A stretch of DNA of 63,940 nucleotides, filler included, from Deltaproteobacteria bacterium (lineage in GTDB: Bacteria > JAUYMQ01), in NCBI GenBank assembly GCA_030698575.1. It is 10 parts of 10 records of this genome, joined end to end, with 100 filler letters (N's around TTAATTAATTAA, not from the genome) between each part and the next. Parts side by side here need not be neighbours in the genome. Positions count along the whole stretch, not along the records: positions 55,481 to 60,436 come from JAUYMQ010000026.1; positions 60,537 to 63,940 come from JAUYMQ010000031.1; 8 more parts are not named here. One strand, given 5' to 3'. The notes beneath the pieces were generated by a model. That model was not told the origin of the DNA and made no database searches. It saw only the letters and a list, made by a program, of their open reading frames with translations. The position numbers were made by a program, and so were the translations under genes. Position 1 is the first letter of the stretch. Each line of letters begins with the position of its first letter. This document shows, in pieces, positions 56,040 to 63,940 of the stretch.

Positions 56040-56450
56040 GTGATGCCCGATCGGCAGGAGCAGCTGCTCCGCGCGGCCTTTCTCGCAGGCGCCGTGACCG
56101 ACGCGCTTGCGCTTGTCCCGATGCTTGTCCCCGGGATGGCCAGGCTTCTCTGGGGCTTCGATGATCCCACCGGAAGTTACCGCTTCGCGATGGGATACGG
56201 CGCTTCCCTCATGCTCGGCTGGACGGGTCTCCTGCTGTGGGCCTACCGCCGGCCGCTGGAGCGCCGCTTCGTGGCCGCGCTCACGGTGCTCGTGATCTAC
56301 GGGCTCGTGATCACCGAGATCGCCGCCGTGCTCGCGGGCGACCTCGCCGCTTGGCGGATGATTCCGACCTGGTGCCTGCAGGCGATCCTGCTCGGTTTGT
56401 TCGCCACCGCCTACCATTACCGGACGTTCCGCCGCTGGGCGGCGGCCTGA
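56040..56450 (+). CDS. Hypothetical four-TM membrane protein
   Basis: GGAGGAG SD; GA.LMLGWT.LLLWA.R.P.ERR. Confidence 0.75.
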   Translation: MMPDRQEQLLRAAFLAGAVTDALALVPMLVPGMARLLWGFDDPTGSYRFAMGYGASLMLGWTGLLLWAYRRPLERRFVAALTVLVIYGLVITEIAAVLAGDLAAWRMIPTWCLQAILLGLFATAYHYRTFRRWAAA

Positions 56451-56511
56451 GAGGCGGGACGCTCGAAAGCAAGCGGCAGGCCTGTTTCGCGCACCCGTCC
56501 GGAGGTCTGAC

Positions 56512-57243
56512 ATGCGTTCCTGGGTTGTCTTTCTCAGCGCCGTGATTCTTGCCCTTGGCATCGCGCGGGCCGGCCTGAAGATCGGCGAGGGATTTGAGGC
56601 GGGGCGAGAGAGCGATCGCTTCGTCACTGTGAAGGGATTTTCGGAGCGCGAGGTGACGGCCGACGTGGCGCTCTGGCCGTTGCAGTTCGTGGTGACCAGC
56701 GACGATCTGTCGGCGGCCCAGGCGCAGCTGGCCGCCAACCTCGATCTTGCCCGCGCGTTCCTCACGCGCCAGGGCCTCGCGGCGGAGGAGATCGAGCTTC
56801 AGGGCGTGCGGGTCACCGACGCGCGCGCCAATAGCTACCAATCGACTCCCGCCACGTCCCGGTATGTGATCAACCAGACCCTCATGGTCCGATCGGGAAA
56901 ACCGGATCGAATCCTGGCGGCAAGCCAGGCTCTCGGCGAACTGGTGAAGGCGGGCGTCGTCCTCACCTCGGGCCAGGATTACGGCTACGCCGGCCCGACT
57001 TACCTCTATACCCGGCTCAACGACGTGAAGCCCGAGATGATCGCCGAGGCCACCGCCCGGGCGCGGGAAGCGGCGGAGAAATTCGCGGCCGACTCCGGGA
57101 GCCGTCTGGGCGGGATCCGCCGGGCCAACCAGGGGGTCTTCCAGATCCTTCCGCGCGACGAGGCGCCCGGCATCCAGGAGGGGAGCCAGATCAACAAGCG
57201 CGTGCGCGTCGTCACGACGGTTGATTACTTTCTCGCCGACTGA
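56512..57243 (+). CDS. SIMPL-domain (DUF541) periplasmic protein
   Basis: R.VTVKG.SEREV.AD, KPEMIAEAT..AR.AA.KFA.DSG..LG.IRRANQG.F.I, K.VRVVTTVDY. Confidence 0.88.
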   Translation: MRSWVVFLSAVILALGIARAGLKIGEGFEAGRESDRFVTVKGFSEREVTADVALWPLQFVVTSDDLSAAQAQLAANLDLARAFLTRQGLAAEEIELQGVRVTDARANSYQSTPATSRYVINQTLMVRSGKPDRILAASQALGELVKAGVVLTSGQDYGYAGPTYLYTRLNDVKPEMIAEATARAREAAEKFAADSGSRLGGIRRANQGVFQILPRDEAPGIQEGSQINKRVRVVTTVDYFLAD

Positions 57244-57437
57244 CGGGCCGGTGCCGGAGCCCCGGCTCCGATGGAAGATCCCGAACACGTGTTTCATTTG
57301 AATTCGCTGCTCGCCGCCGTTCTCGCCTGTCTCGTTCTCCAGTTCGCCATCGGCCCTCTGTATCGTGGAGGGCATCCGGGCCTGAGCGGCGATCGGCGCG
57401 GCTTTACGCAGCGCATGGCGGCGCTTATCCTCTCTCC

Positions 57438-58625
57438 ATGCCTGCGATCACCCTGAAACCCGGCCGTGAGAAGTCCATCCTTCGAAGACACCCGTGGATA
57501 TTCTCGGGCGCCATCGAGCGCATGGATGGAAAGCCCGAGCCCGGAGAGACCGTCGAGATCCTGTCCGCGGCCGGCGCTCTGCTCGGGCGGGGGGCCTATT
57601 CGCCCCGCTCGCAGATCACCGTCCGCATGTGGAGCTTCGATCCCGGCGAGGAGGTCGGCCCGGCGCTCTTCCATTCCCGGCTCACGCGCGCGATCGAGGT
57701 CCGGGCGCCGCTCCTTGCCGGCGGCGACCGGGGTGCCTGCCGACTCGTGAACGCGGAGTCGGATCTTCTCCCGGGGCTGATCGTCGACCGCTATGCCGAC
57801 TTCCTCGTCTGCCAGTTCCTCGCCGCGGGCGTCGAGCGCTGGAAGCCCGATATCGTCAAGCTCCTCGCCGATCTCTCGCCCTGCCGTGGCGTATTCGAGC
57901 GCTCCGACGTCGAGGTGCGCCGGAAGGAGGGGCTCGCGCTGGTGAAGGGGGTGCTTCACGGCGACGATCCGCCGGCCCTCATCGAGATTCTGGAGAACGG
58001 CTGCCGTTACCTTGTGGACGTCGTGAACGGGCAGAAGACCGGTTTCTTTCTCGATCAGCGGGACAGCCGCGTTCGCATGGCGCAGCATGCGAAGGGCAGG
58101 GAGGTCCTGAACGGCTTCGCCTACACCGGTGGCTTCGGTATCGCGGCGGCGAGGGCGGGGGCAGCCCGTGTGGTCAATGTTGAGTCCTCCGCGTCAGCCA
58201 TCGATCTTGCCCGCAGGAACGTCGCGCTGAACGGCCTCGAAGGAGAATCCTTCGAGATCGTCAAGGGGGACGTCTTCCGGGTGATGAGAGACATGGTCGA
58301 AGCGGGCCGCGGGTTCGATCTCGTCGTGGTCGATCCGCCGAAGTACGCCGACGCCAGGAAACACGTCGATCGGGCGGCGCGTGCCTACAAGGATGTGAAC
58401 CTCCAGGCCTTCAAGCTGCTGCGGCCTGGAGGAATACTCTTCACATTCTCCTGTTCCGGAGCGATCGAGCCGGATCTGTTCCAGAAGATTGTCGCCGACG
58501 CCGCGCTCGACGCCGGCCGTTTCGCACAGATCCTCGAGTGGCTCACGCAGGCGCCCGACCATCCCGTCGCGCTCCCCTTTCCGGAAGGGCGCTACCTGAA
58601 AGGACTCGTCTGCAGGGCAGGGTGA
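57438..58625 (+). CDS. rlmI: RlmI-like 23S rRNA m5C methyltransferase
   Basis: PUA-like RHPWIFSG, ESD.LPGLIVDRY, GQKTGFFLDQR, FAYTGGF, DPP, TFSCS, PDHP. Confidence 0.9.
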   Translation: MPAITLKPGREKSILRRHPWIFSGAIERMDGKPEPGETVEILSAAGALLGRGAYSPRSQITVRMWSFDPGEEVGPALFHSRLTRAIEVRAPLLAGGDRGACRLVNAESDLLPGLIVDRYADFLVCQFLAAGVERWKPDIVKLLADLSPCRGVFERSDVEVRRKEGLALVKGVLHGDDPPALIEILENGCRYLVDVVNGQKTGFFLDQRDSRVRMAQHAKGREVLNGFAYTGGFGIAAARAGAARVVNVESSASAIDLARRNVALNGLEGESFEIVKGDVFRVMRDMVEAGRGFDLVVVDPPKYADARKHVDRAARAYKDVNLQAFKLLRPGGILFTFSCSGAIEPDLFQKIVADAALDAGRFAQILEWLTQAPDHPVALPFPEGRYLKGLVCRAG

Positions 58626-58679
58626 GGGAACGTCGGCGATCGATCGAAATGCGCAGGGTTATTTTTTCAAGGAGCCATC

Positions 58680-59366
58680 ATGCCGAGCGAGACCGGTTCC
58701 ATCCGCTTTTACTTCGACTACATCTCATCGAACGCTTACCTGGCCTGGGCGCGGCTCCCGGAGCTGGCTGCGCGCTACGGCCGTTCGGTCGAGCCGGTTC
58801 CGTCGCTCTTCGCCGGGCTCCTGAACGCGCACGGGCAGCTCGGTCCCGCCGAGGTGCTTCCGAAGGCCTGGTGGATGTGCAAGAACAACCTGCGCAAGGC
58901 AGCCCTCATCGATCTCCCGCTTCGTGCCCCGGCCGCCCACCCCTTCAACCCGCTCCTCCCGCTCCGTGTCTCGTCGCTCAGCATGCCCGCCGGCACGAAA
59001 TCGAAGCTCATCAGCGGGCTGTTCGCGGGGCACTGGGCGCGCCGGGTGGACATCAGCAAGCCGGATGCCGTAGCCGCAATCGCTACGGAGGCGGGCCTCG
59101 ACGGCGAAAAGGCGCTCCGGGAAGCGCAGGCGCCCGAGATCAAGCAGCATCTGCGAGAAACAACCGAAGCGGCTGTCGCCGAAGGGGTTTTCGGCGTGCC
59201 GACGATGATCGTCGATGGCGAGCTGTTCTGGGGATACGACGATTTTCCCTACCTCGAGCGTTTCCTGGCCGGGGAGGATCCGCTCGACCGGGAGGCGCTC
59301 ACGGAATGGGCTGAGATTCCGCGCGCCGTCCGGCGAAGGCGTCCCGGAGAAAGCGCCGCCCCATGA
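58680..59366 (+). CDS. 2-hydroxychromene-2-carboxylate isomerase / kappa-GST (DsbA family)
   Basis: FYFDYISSNAYLA, HPFNP, GVFGVPT.IVDGELFWG.D. Confidence 0.88.
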   Translation: MPSETGSIRFYFDYISSNAYLAWARLPELAARYGRSVEPVPSLFAGLLNAHGQLGPAEVLPKAWWMCKNNLRKAALIDLPLRAPAAHPFNPLLPLRVSSLSMPAGTKSKLISGLFAGHWARRVDISKPDAVAAIATEAGLDGEKALREAQAPEIKQHLRETTEAAVAEGVFGVPTMIVDGELFWGYDDFPYLERFLAGEDPLDREALTEWAEIPRAVRRRRPGESAAP

Positions 59367-59857
59367 GCCCCGAGGTCGAAGCCGCGCGCGAGGCCGATCT
59401 CCCCGCCATTGCGACGCTCAATGTCACGGCCTACGGCGAATTCGAGCCGCGTATGACGCCTGAGGGATGGGCGGGGATGGCCGCGAGTGTCGCGGCGGTC
59501 GAGACCGTGGCCGAGCGAGCCGCTTTCCTTCTGGTGCGTGACGGCGGCGAGATCGCCGCCTCCGTCGCATACGTGCCCCCGGGCGATTCGGACGTTCCCT
59601 TTCCGGCGGCCTGGGCCTCGATCTTGCTTCTCGCGGTCTCTCCCCGCTGCAGGGGGCGCGGCCTGGCGCGCGGGCTGCTCGATGCATGCATTGCCCGGGC
59701 GCGCGACGAGGGTGCCCGGATCATCGGTCTCTACACGAGTGAGTTGATGACGGGCGCCCTCCATCTCTACGAATCTGCCGGCTTCGTCGAGGACTGCGAA
59801 CTGGCGCGCCGCCACGGCCTTCGCTACTGGCGCTACAAACTCACGTTACGCGAATGA
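59363..59857 (+). CDS. GNAT N-acetyltransferase
   Basis: LAVSPRCRGRGLA, LYT...M..A..LYES.GF. Confidence 0.85.
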   Translation: MSPEVEAAREADLPAIATLNVTAYGEFEPRMTPEGWAGMAASVAAVETVAERAAFLLVRDGGEIAASVAYVPPGDSDVPFPAAWASILLLAVSPRCRGRGLARGLLDACIARARDEGARIIGLYTSELMTGALHLYESAGFVEDCELARRHGLRYWRYKLTLRE

Positions 59858-59901
59858 GCGCGACCGTCCCCCCCTACGGATGCCGGGGCGGGAGGAGAAT
59901 C

Positions 59902-60351
59902 ATGATGACCGGAAAATGTCTTTGCGGAGAGATCCGTTACGAAATCGAGGCCGCTCTGGGTCCCATGACCTACTGTCACTGCAGCATGTGCCGCCGGGCG
60001 AGCGGCACGGCCTTCGCCACGAACGCCTCCGTCCGAACGCGCGCCCTGCGTTTCATCTCAGGGGAGGGCGTGATTTGTGAGTATGAATCGTCGCCCGGAA
60101 AGTTTCGTGCCTTTTGCCCGCGCTGCGGATCGCCGATCTACAGCCGGCGCGCCGACGATCCCGGGACGCTTCGCTTGCGCCTGGGCACGCTCGACGGCGA
60201 TCCGGGCCAGCGCCCGGTCATACACGTCTCGGTAGGATCGAAAGCGCCCTGGTTCGAGCTGACCGACGGGCTTCCCTGGCTCCTCGAGGACGCGCCCGCT
60301 CCGCCCGTCGAATGGGACGAGTCCGGGGAGGAAGGGGAGCGCACAACTTGA
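59902..60351 (+). CDS. GFA family (Zn-binding) protein
   Basis: G.CLCG.IRY, CHCSMCRR, R.FCPRCGS. Confidence 0.9.
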   Translation: MMTGKCLCGEIRYEIEAALGPMTYCHCSMCRRASGTAFATNASVRTRALRFISGEGVICEYESSPGKFRAFCPRCGSPIYSRRADDPGTLRLRLGTLDGDPGQRPVIHVSVGSKAPWFELTDGLPWLLEDAPAPPVEWDESGEEGERTT

Positions 60352-60436
60352 CCGCGTCCCCCGCCGCTCCGACGGTGTCACTGCCGTCACGGCGCCGGCC
60401 CTGGGTGGCCGTCCTGCTCTCGCTCTTCGCGCCGGG
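60348..60436 (+). CDS. 5' end of a membrane protein, possibly signal peptidase I (truncated)
   Basis: TTGA overlap; RRPWVAVLLSLFAPG. Confidence 0.4.
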
Positions 60437-60536
60437 NNNNNNNNNNNNNNNNNNNNNNNNNNNNNNNNNNNNNNNNNNNNTTAATTAATTAANNNNNNNN
60501 NNNNNNNNNNNNNNNNNNNNNNNNNNNNNNNNNNNN

Positions 60537-61694
60537 GAAGCCGCGCTGCCGCATGTCGCCCACGTGGGGCAGCGCCGCAATCTCCTTCAGGCGCCGCGTG
60601 AGACGGCGGATCTTCGGCTGGAGCTTCTCGAGCGTCCGCTCCTTATCGAACAAATCGAGATTCGCGATCGCCGCGGCGCACGCCAGCGGGTTGCCCGTGT
60701 AGGTGTGGCCGTGGAAGAACGTCTTGAACTCGTCGTAGCGACCCAGGAAGGCCTGGAAGATCGTTTCGGTGGTGAGCGTCGCGGCAAGCGGCAGCGTGCC
60801 GCCCGTGATCCCCTTGGCGAGGCAGAGGATGTCGGGCGCCACGCCCTCCTGCTCGCAGGCGAACATCGTGCCCGTGCGGCCGAACCCGGTGGCAACTTCG
60901 TCGAGAATGAGCAGCACGTTGTGATCGGAGCAGAGCCGCCTGAGCGCGGCCAGCCAGCCCGCCGGCTGCGGGATCATTCCCGCCGCGCCCTGCATCACGG
61001 GCTCGACGATGGCGGCGGCGATCTCGCCGGAATGGGCGCGCAGCATGTTTTCCACGATCTCCAGGCTTCGCCTTCCGCAGGCCGCTTCGTCCAGATTGTC
61101 GGGACAGCGGTAGCCGTGCGGGGCCGGGGCTTTGTAACCTGTGAACAACAGCTGGCGGTAGGTCTCGTGGAACAGATCAATTCCGCCCACCGAGACGGCG
61201 CCGATCGTGTCGCCGTGGTAGGCGTTCTCGAAGTGGAGGAATCGCGTGCGCGAGGTTTCGCCACGAAGCTGCCAGTGCTGGAAAGCAATCTTGAGGGCGA
61301 TCTCGACGGCTGTGCTGCCGGAGTCGGAATAGAAGACGCGGGTCAGGCCTGCGGGCGCTATGCGCACGAGGCGGTCGGCCAGCTCGATGGCGGGCACGTT
61401 GCCGAGTCCGAGGAGGGTCGAGTGCGCTATGCGATCGACCTGCTGCTTGATCGCCCGGTCGATCGCGCGCCGCCGGTGGCCGTGTACAGTGACCCAGAGC
61501 GATGACACGCCGTCGAGGTAGCGGTTCCCCTCGACGTCGATGAGCCACGAACCCTCGCCCCGCTCGATGACTAGCGGCTCCTCCCGCAACCACTCCTGCA
61601 TCTGCGTGAAGGGATGCCAGAGCGCGCGCTGGTCCTTCTCGATGAGATCCTTGCGCCGCTGGGCGCGCTCCGCGTCGGTCAGGCGTTCCGTCAT
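60537..61694 (-). CDS. bioA: Adenosylmethionine-8-amino-7-oxononanoate aminotransferase (3' truncated)
   Basis: [65 protein letters not shown] overlap with bioF. Confidence 0.95.
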
Positions 61695-62881
61695 GAGATG
61701 ATCCCCATTCGCCGCCCTACCCGATCGAAGGCTTCCAGCGCGCGGTCGAGCTGATCCTTGGCGTGCGTGGCCATCGCGCAGACGCGAAGCCGTGAGGCGC
61801 CCTCCGGCACCGAGGGCGGGCGGATCCCCTGGGCAAACACGCCGGCGTCGAGCAGGGCCTCGCAGAAGGGCATCACCTGCGACGCATCGGCGATGAAGAC
61901 GGGCAGGATGTGCGTCTCGCTCCCGCCGAGATCGTAGCCGAGCGAACGGAGCCCCTCGCGCAGGTGGCGGGTGTTTTCCCAGAGGCGCGCGCGGTGTTCG
62001 GGCTCGTCCTCGAGCACGCGAAGGGCGGCGAGTGAGGAGGCCAACGCCGCGGGGGGGAGCGCGCAGGTGAAGATGAAACCGCGGGCGCGATTGATGAGCG
62101 TCTCGCGAAGCTCGCGCGGTCCCGCCACCCAGGCGCCGAAGCTCCCGAGCGACTTGCCGAGCGTTCCCATCTGGATTGGCACGCGCCCCGCGAGCCCGAA
62201 GTGCTCGGCCGTGCCGCGGCCGCGCTCGCCGAGAACGCCGGTGCCGTGGCTGTCGTCGAGGAGAAGCCAGGCGCCCTCGCGCTCGCACACGGCCAGGAGA
62301 TCGGGCAGCGGCGACAGATCGCCGTCCATCGAGTAGACGCCGTCTACCAGGACGAGCTTGCGCCGGGCCTCGGCATTGGCCCGGAGCGCGGCTTCGAGCG
62401 TCTGCGGGTCGTTGTGGCGAAAGACCTCCGTGCGCGCGCGCGAGAGACGGCAACCGTCGACCAGGCTTGCGTGCGCGAGGGCATCGCTGAAGATCACGTC
62501 CCCCTCGCCGGCGATCGCCGGGATCATGCCGACGTTCGCCAGATAGCCCGTGGCGAAGACGAGGGCGGACTCGGCGCCGACGAAGAGCGCCAGCGCTTCC
62601 TCCAGTTCCTCGTACAGGGGATGATTGCCGGCAATGAGGCGGCTCGAGCCCGACGCCGTGCCGTGCCGCGCGGTGGCCTCGCGGGCCGCGGCGACGAGGC
62701 GCGGGTGCCGCGCGAGGCCCAGATAGTTGGAGGAGGAGAGCAGGACGACCTCGCGGCCATCGACGCGCGTGACCGGCTCCTGGAGCGAATCGAAATGCCG
62801 GAGCCAACGGTACTGCCCGGCTTCGCGGAGCGTGTCGAGATCGGTGGAAAGGGCGGCACGCAGGCTGTCGGAGGCGCTCAT
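61691..62881 (-). CDS. bioF: 8-amino-7-oxononanoate synthase
   Basis: [58 protein letters not shown]. Confidence 0.95.
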   Translation of the reverse strand: MSASDSLRAALSTDLDTLREAGQYRWLRHFDSLQEPVTRVDGREVVLLSSSNYLGLARHPRLVAAAREATARHGTASGSSRLIAGNHPLYEELEEALALFVGAESALVFATGYLANVGMIPAIAGEGDVIFSDALAHASLVDGCRLSRARTEVFRHNDPQTLEAALRANAEARRKLVLVDGVYSMDGDLSPLPDLLAVCEREGAWLLLDDSHGTGVLGERGRGTAEHFGLAGRVPIQMGTLGKSLGSFGAWVAGPRELRETLINRARGFIFTCALPPAALASSLAALRVLEDEPEHRARLWENTRHLREGLRSLGYDLGGSETHILPVFIADASQVMPFCEALLDAGVFAQGIRPPSVPEGASRLRVCAMATHAKDQLDRALEAFDRVGRRMGIIS

Positions 62882-62930
62882 CCAGGGTCCACGTTAGGGG
62901 CCGGATCTGAATAACAGAGGGCCGCCATTG

Positions 62931-62960
62931 TGTCAACTTGCCAGGAAGATTAGGTTGACA
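62931..62960. promoter_or_regulatory. BirA biotin operator
   Basis: TGTCAAC-N16-GTTGACA palindrome about 50 nt upstream of bioF. Confidence 0.88.
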
Positions 62961-62999
62961 ATAGGCCAAACAATTGATTTTATTCTCTAATTTCGACAG

Positions 63000-63042
63000 A
63001 AAGAGGGACTGTCCCACTTAATAAGTGGGACAGTCCCTCTTT
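63000..63042. repeat. Perfect 21-bp inverted repeat (REP-like, probably also a terminator)
   Basis: AAAGAGGGACTGTCCCACTTA-A-TAAGTGGGACAGTCCCTCTTT; each arm holds an internal GGGAC(T/A)GTCCC palindrome. Confidence 0.85.
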
Positions 63043-63044
63043 TG

Positions 63045-63848
63045 CTAGGCGTCGACGCGGGCGAGGAACTCGGAAAGGGCGCGGTTCACCGGTTCGGGCT
63101 TCTCGAGGGGCGACATGTGCCCGGCGCCGGGGATGGTGACGAGCGTGGCGCCGGGGATCGATCGCGCAATGAGTTCCGAGTGGGCGGGCACGGTCGCGGA
63201 GTCCTGCTCGCCGACGATGACGAGCGTGGGCGCCTTGATGGCGGAAATCTTCTTCGACACGTCGTCGCGTCGCGTGACGGCGAACACCGCCCACTTGAGC
63301 GCCTCGGAATTGCCGTCGATGAACTTCTTGCGGTAGGCCGCGATCTGATCCGGCTGATCGCGGTTGAAGTCCGCGGCGAAGAAGATCGGCATCACGCCCT
63401 CGACGACCGTCTCGGGCCCCTGCTCGGCGGCCATGTTCGCCATCATCTCGTAGTTGGGGATGTTGGCCTCTTCCTCCCCCTCGGCGCTCGAATCGAGGAT
63501 CAACAGCGACCGGACCAGATCGGGCCGCTTGAGCGCGAGCCGCATGGCCATCATGCCTCCCTGCGAGAGGCCGACCCAATGCGCCTGCTTGATGCCGAGG
63601 TGCTCGGCCAGCGCGATGTTGTCGTCAACGTAGTCGTGGATCGTCCACTCCTTGTGCACGCCGCCGCTCCGGCCATGGTTCCGGTAGTCGACGTTGATGC
63701 ACCGGTAGTTGCCGGAGAGGGCCTTCACCTGGTGGACGAACATCTCGTGGTCCCAGACCAGGCTGTGGCCGAAGATGACCGGGATTCCCTTTCCGACGTC
63801 CTCGTAGAAGATGTCTACGCCGTTCACTCGTGCCGTGGGCATGAGCAT
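63045..63848 (-). CDS. Alpha/beta hydrolase (enol-lactonase-like)
   Basis: D.RNHGRS, GLSQGG nucleophile, GEQD, AGHMSPLEKP. Confidence 0.88.
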   Translation of the reverse strand: MLMPTARVNGVDIFYEDVGKGIPVIFGHSLVWDHEMFVHQVKALSGNYRCINVDYRNHGRSGGVHKEWTIHDYVDDNIALAEHLGIKQAHWVGLSQGGMMAMRLALKRPDLVRSLLILDSSAEGEEEANIPNYEMMANMAAEQGPETVVEGVMPIFFAADFNRDQPDQIAAYRKKFIDGNSEALKWAVFAVTRRDDVSKKISAIKAPTLVIVGEQDSATVPAHSELIARSIPGATLVTIPGAGHMSPLEKPEPVNRALSEFLARVDA

Positions 63849-63940
63849 GTCTCCATTCCGGGGGTGGGTTGATGGCCAAGGCTAGCACATCCCCGGAAAA
63901 GCGAGGACCGCTTGACACCCCGGCCCGCGTTCCTCTACTA

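Noticed and set aside
19451-60536. Recurring TTAATTAATTAA flanked by N runs, and apparent gene neighbourhoods across them
   Set aside because: Artificial contig linkers; cross-linker adjacency has no biological meaning.
60489-63017. 842-aa ORF suggesting a BioF-BioA-type fusion
   Set aside because: The upstream part is an off-frame shadow of bioF; bioA starts at 61694 with an ATGA overlap.
63045-63848. Hydrolase as a BioH-like member of the biotin operon
   Set aside because: It is separated from bioF by a strong hairpin and lies upstream of the BirA operator, so it is not co-regulated; a role cannot be excluded but is unsupported.
1-63940. tRNA, rRNA, integrase, transposase or phage genes
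   Set aside because: None recognised by eye; tRNAscan-SE and Rfam were not run.

Overview
GC-rich diderm bacterial DNA, probably a metagenome-assembled genome of a Deltaproteobacteria-like lineage (taxonomy is inference). The window is ten contig pieces joined by nine artificial 100-nt linkers (N44-TTAATTAATTAA-N44), so genes on opposite sides of a linker are not true neighbours. Housekeeping genes: holB-metG-tatD/rSAM-suhB, B12-dependent nrdJ with tandem NrdR boxes, mrp, moaDE/mogA, pepA, tolQRAB, ecm-meaB, class II aldolase, ftsH, an rlmI-like methyltransferase, and bioF-bioA with a BirA operator. Accessory material: a czcCBA heavy-metal efflux operon with a PII-like gene, Tad pilus genes, vapBC modules, decaying glycosylation genes and several REP/MITE-like palindromic families. 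The top candidate system is at 1-1911: a CxxC/His leader ORF ending in an RGPP arrest-like motif whose next three codons are a perfect anti-Shine-Dalgarno for a downstream metal-uptake-type outer-membrane protein gene, i.e. a putative metal-sensing ribosome-stalling switch. Second is a DoxX-like membrane domain fused to a Coq7-like di-iron domain, in an operon with a START/SRPBCC protein. All calls come from reading motifs by eye; no database searches were run.
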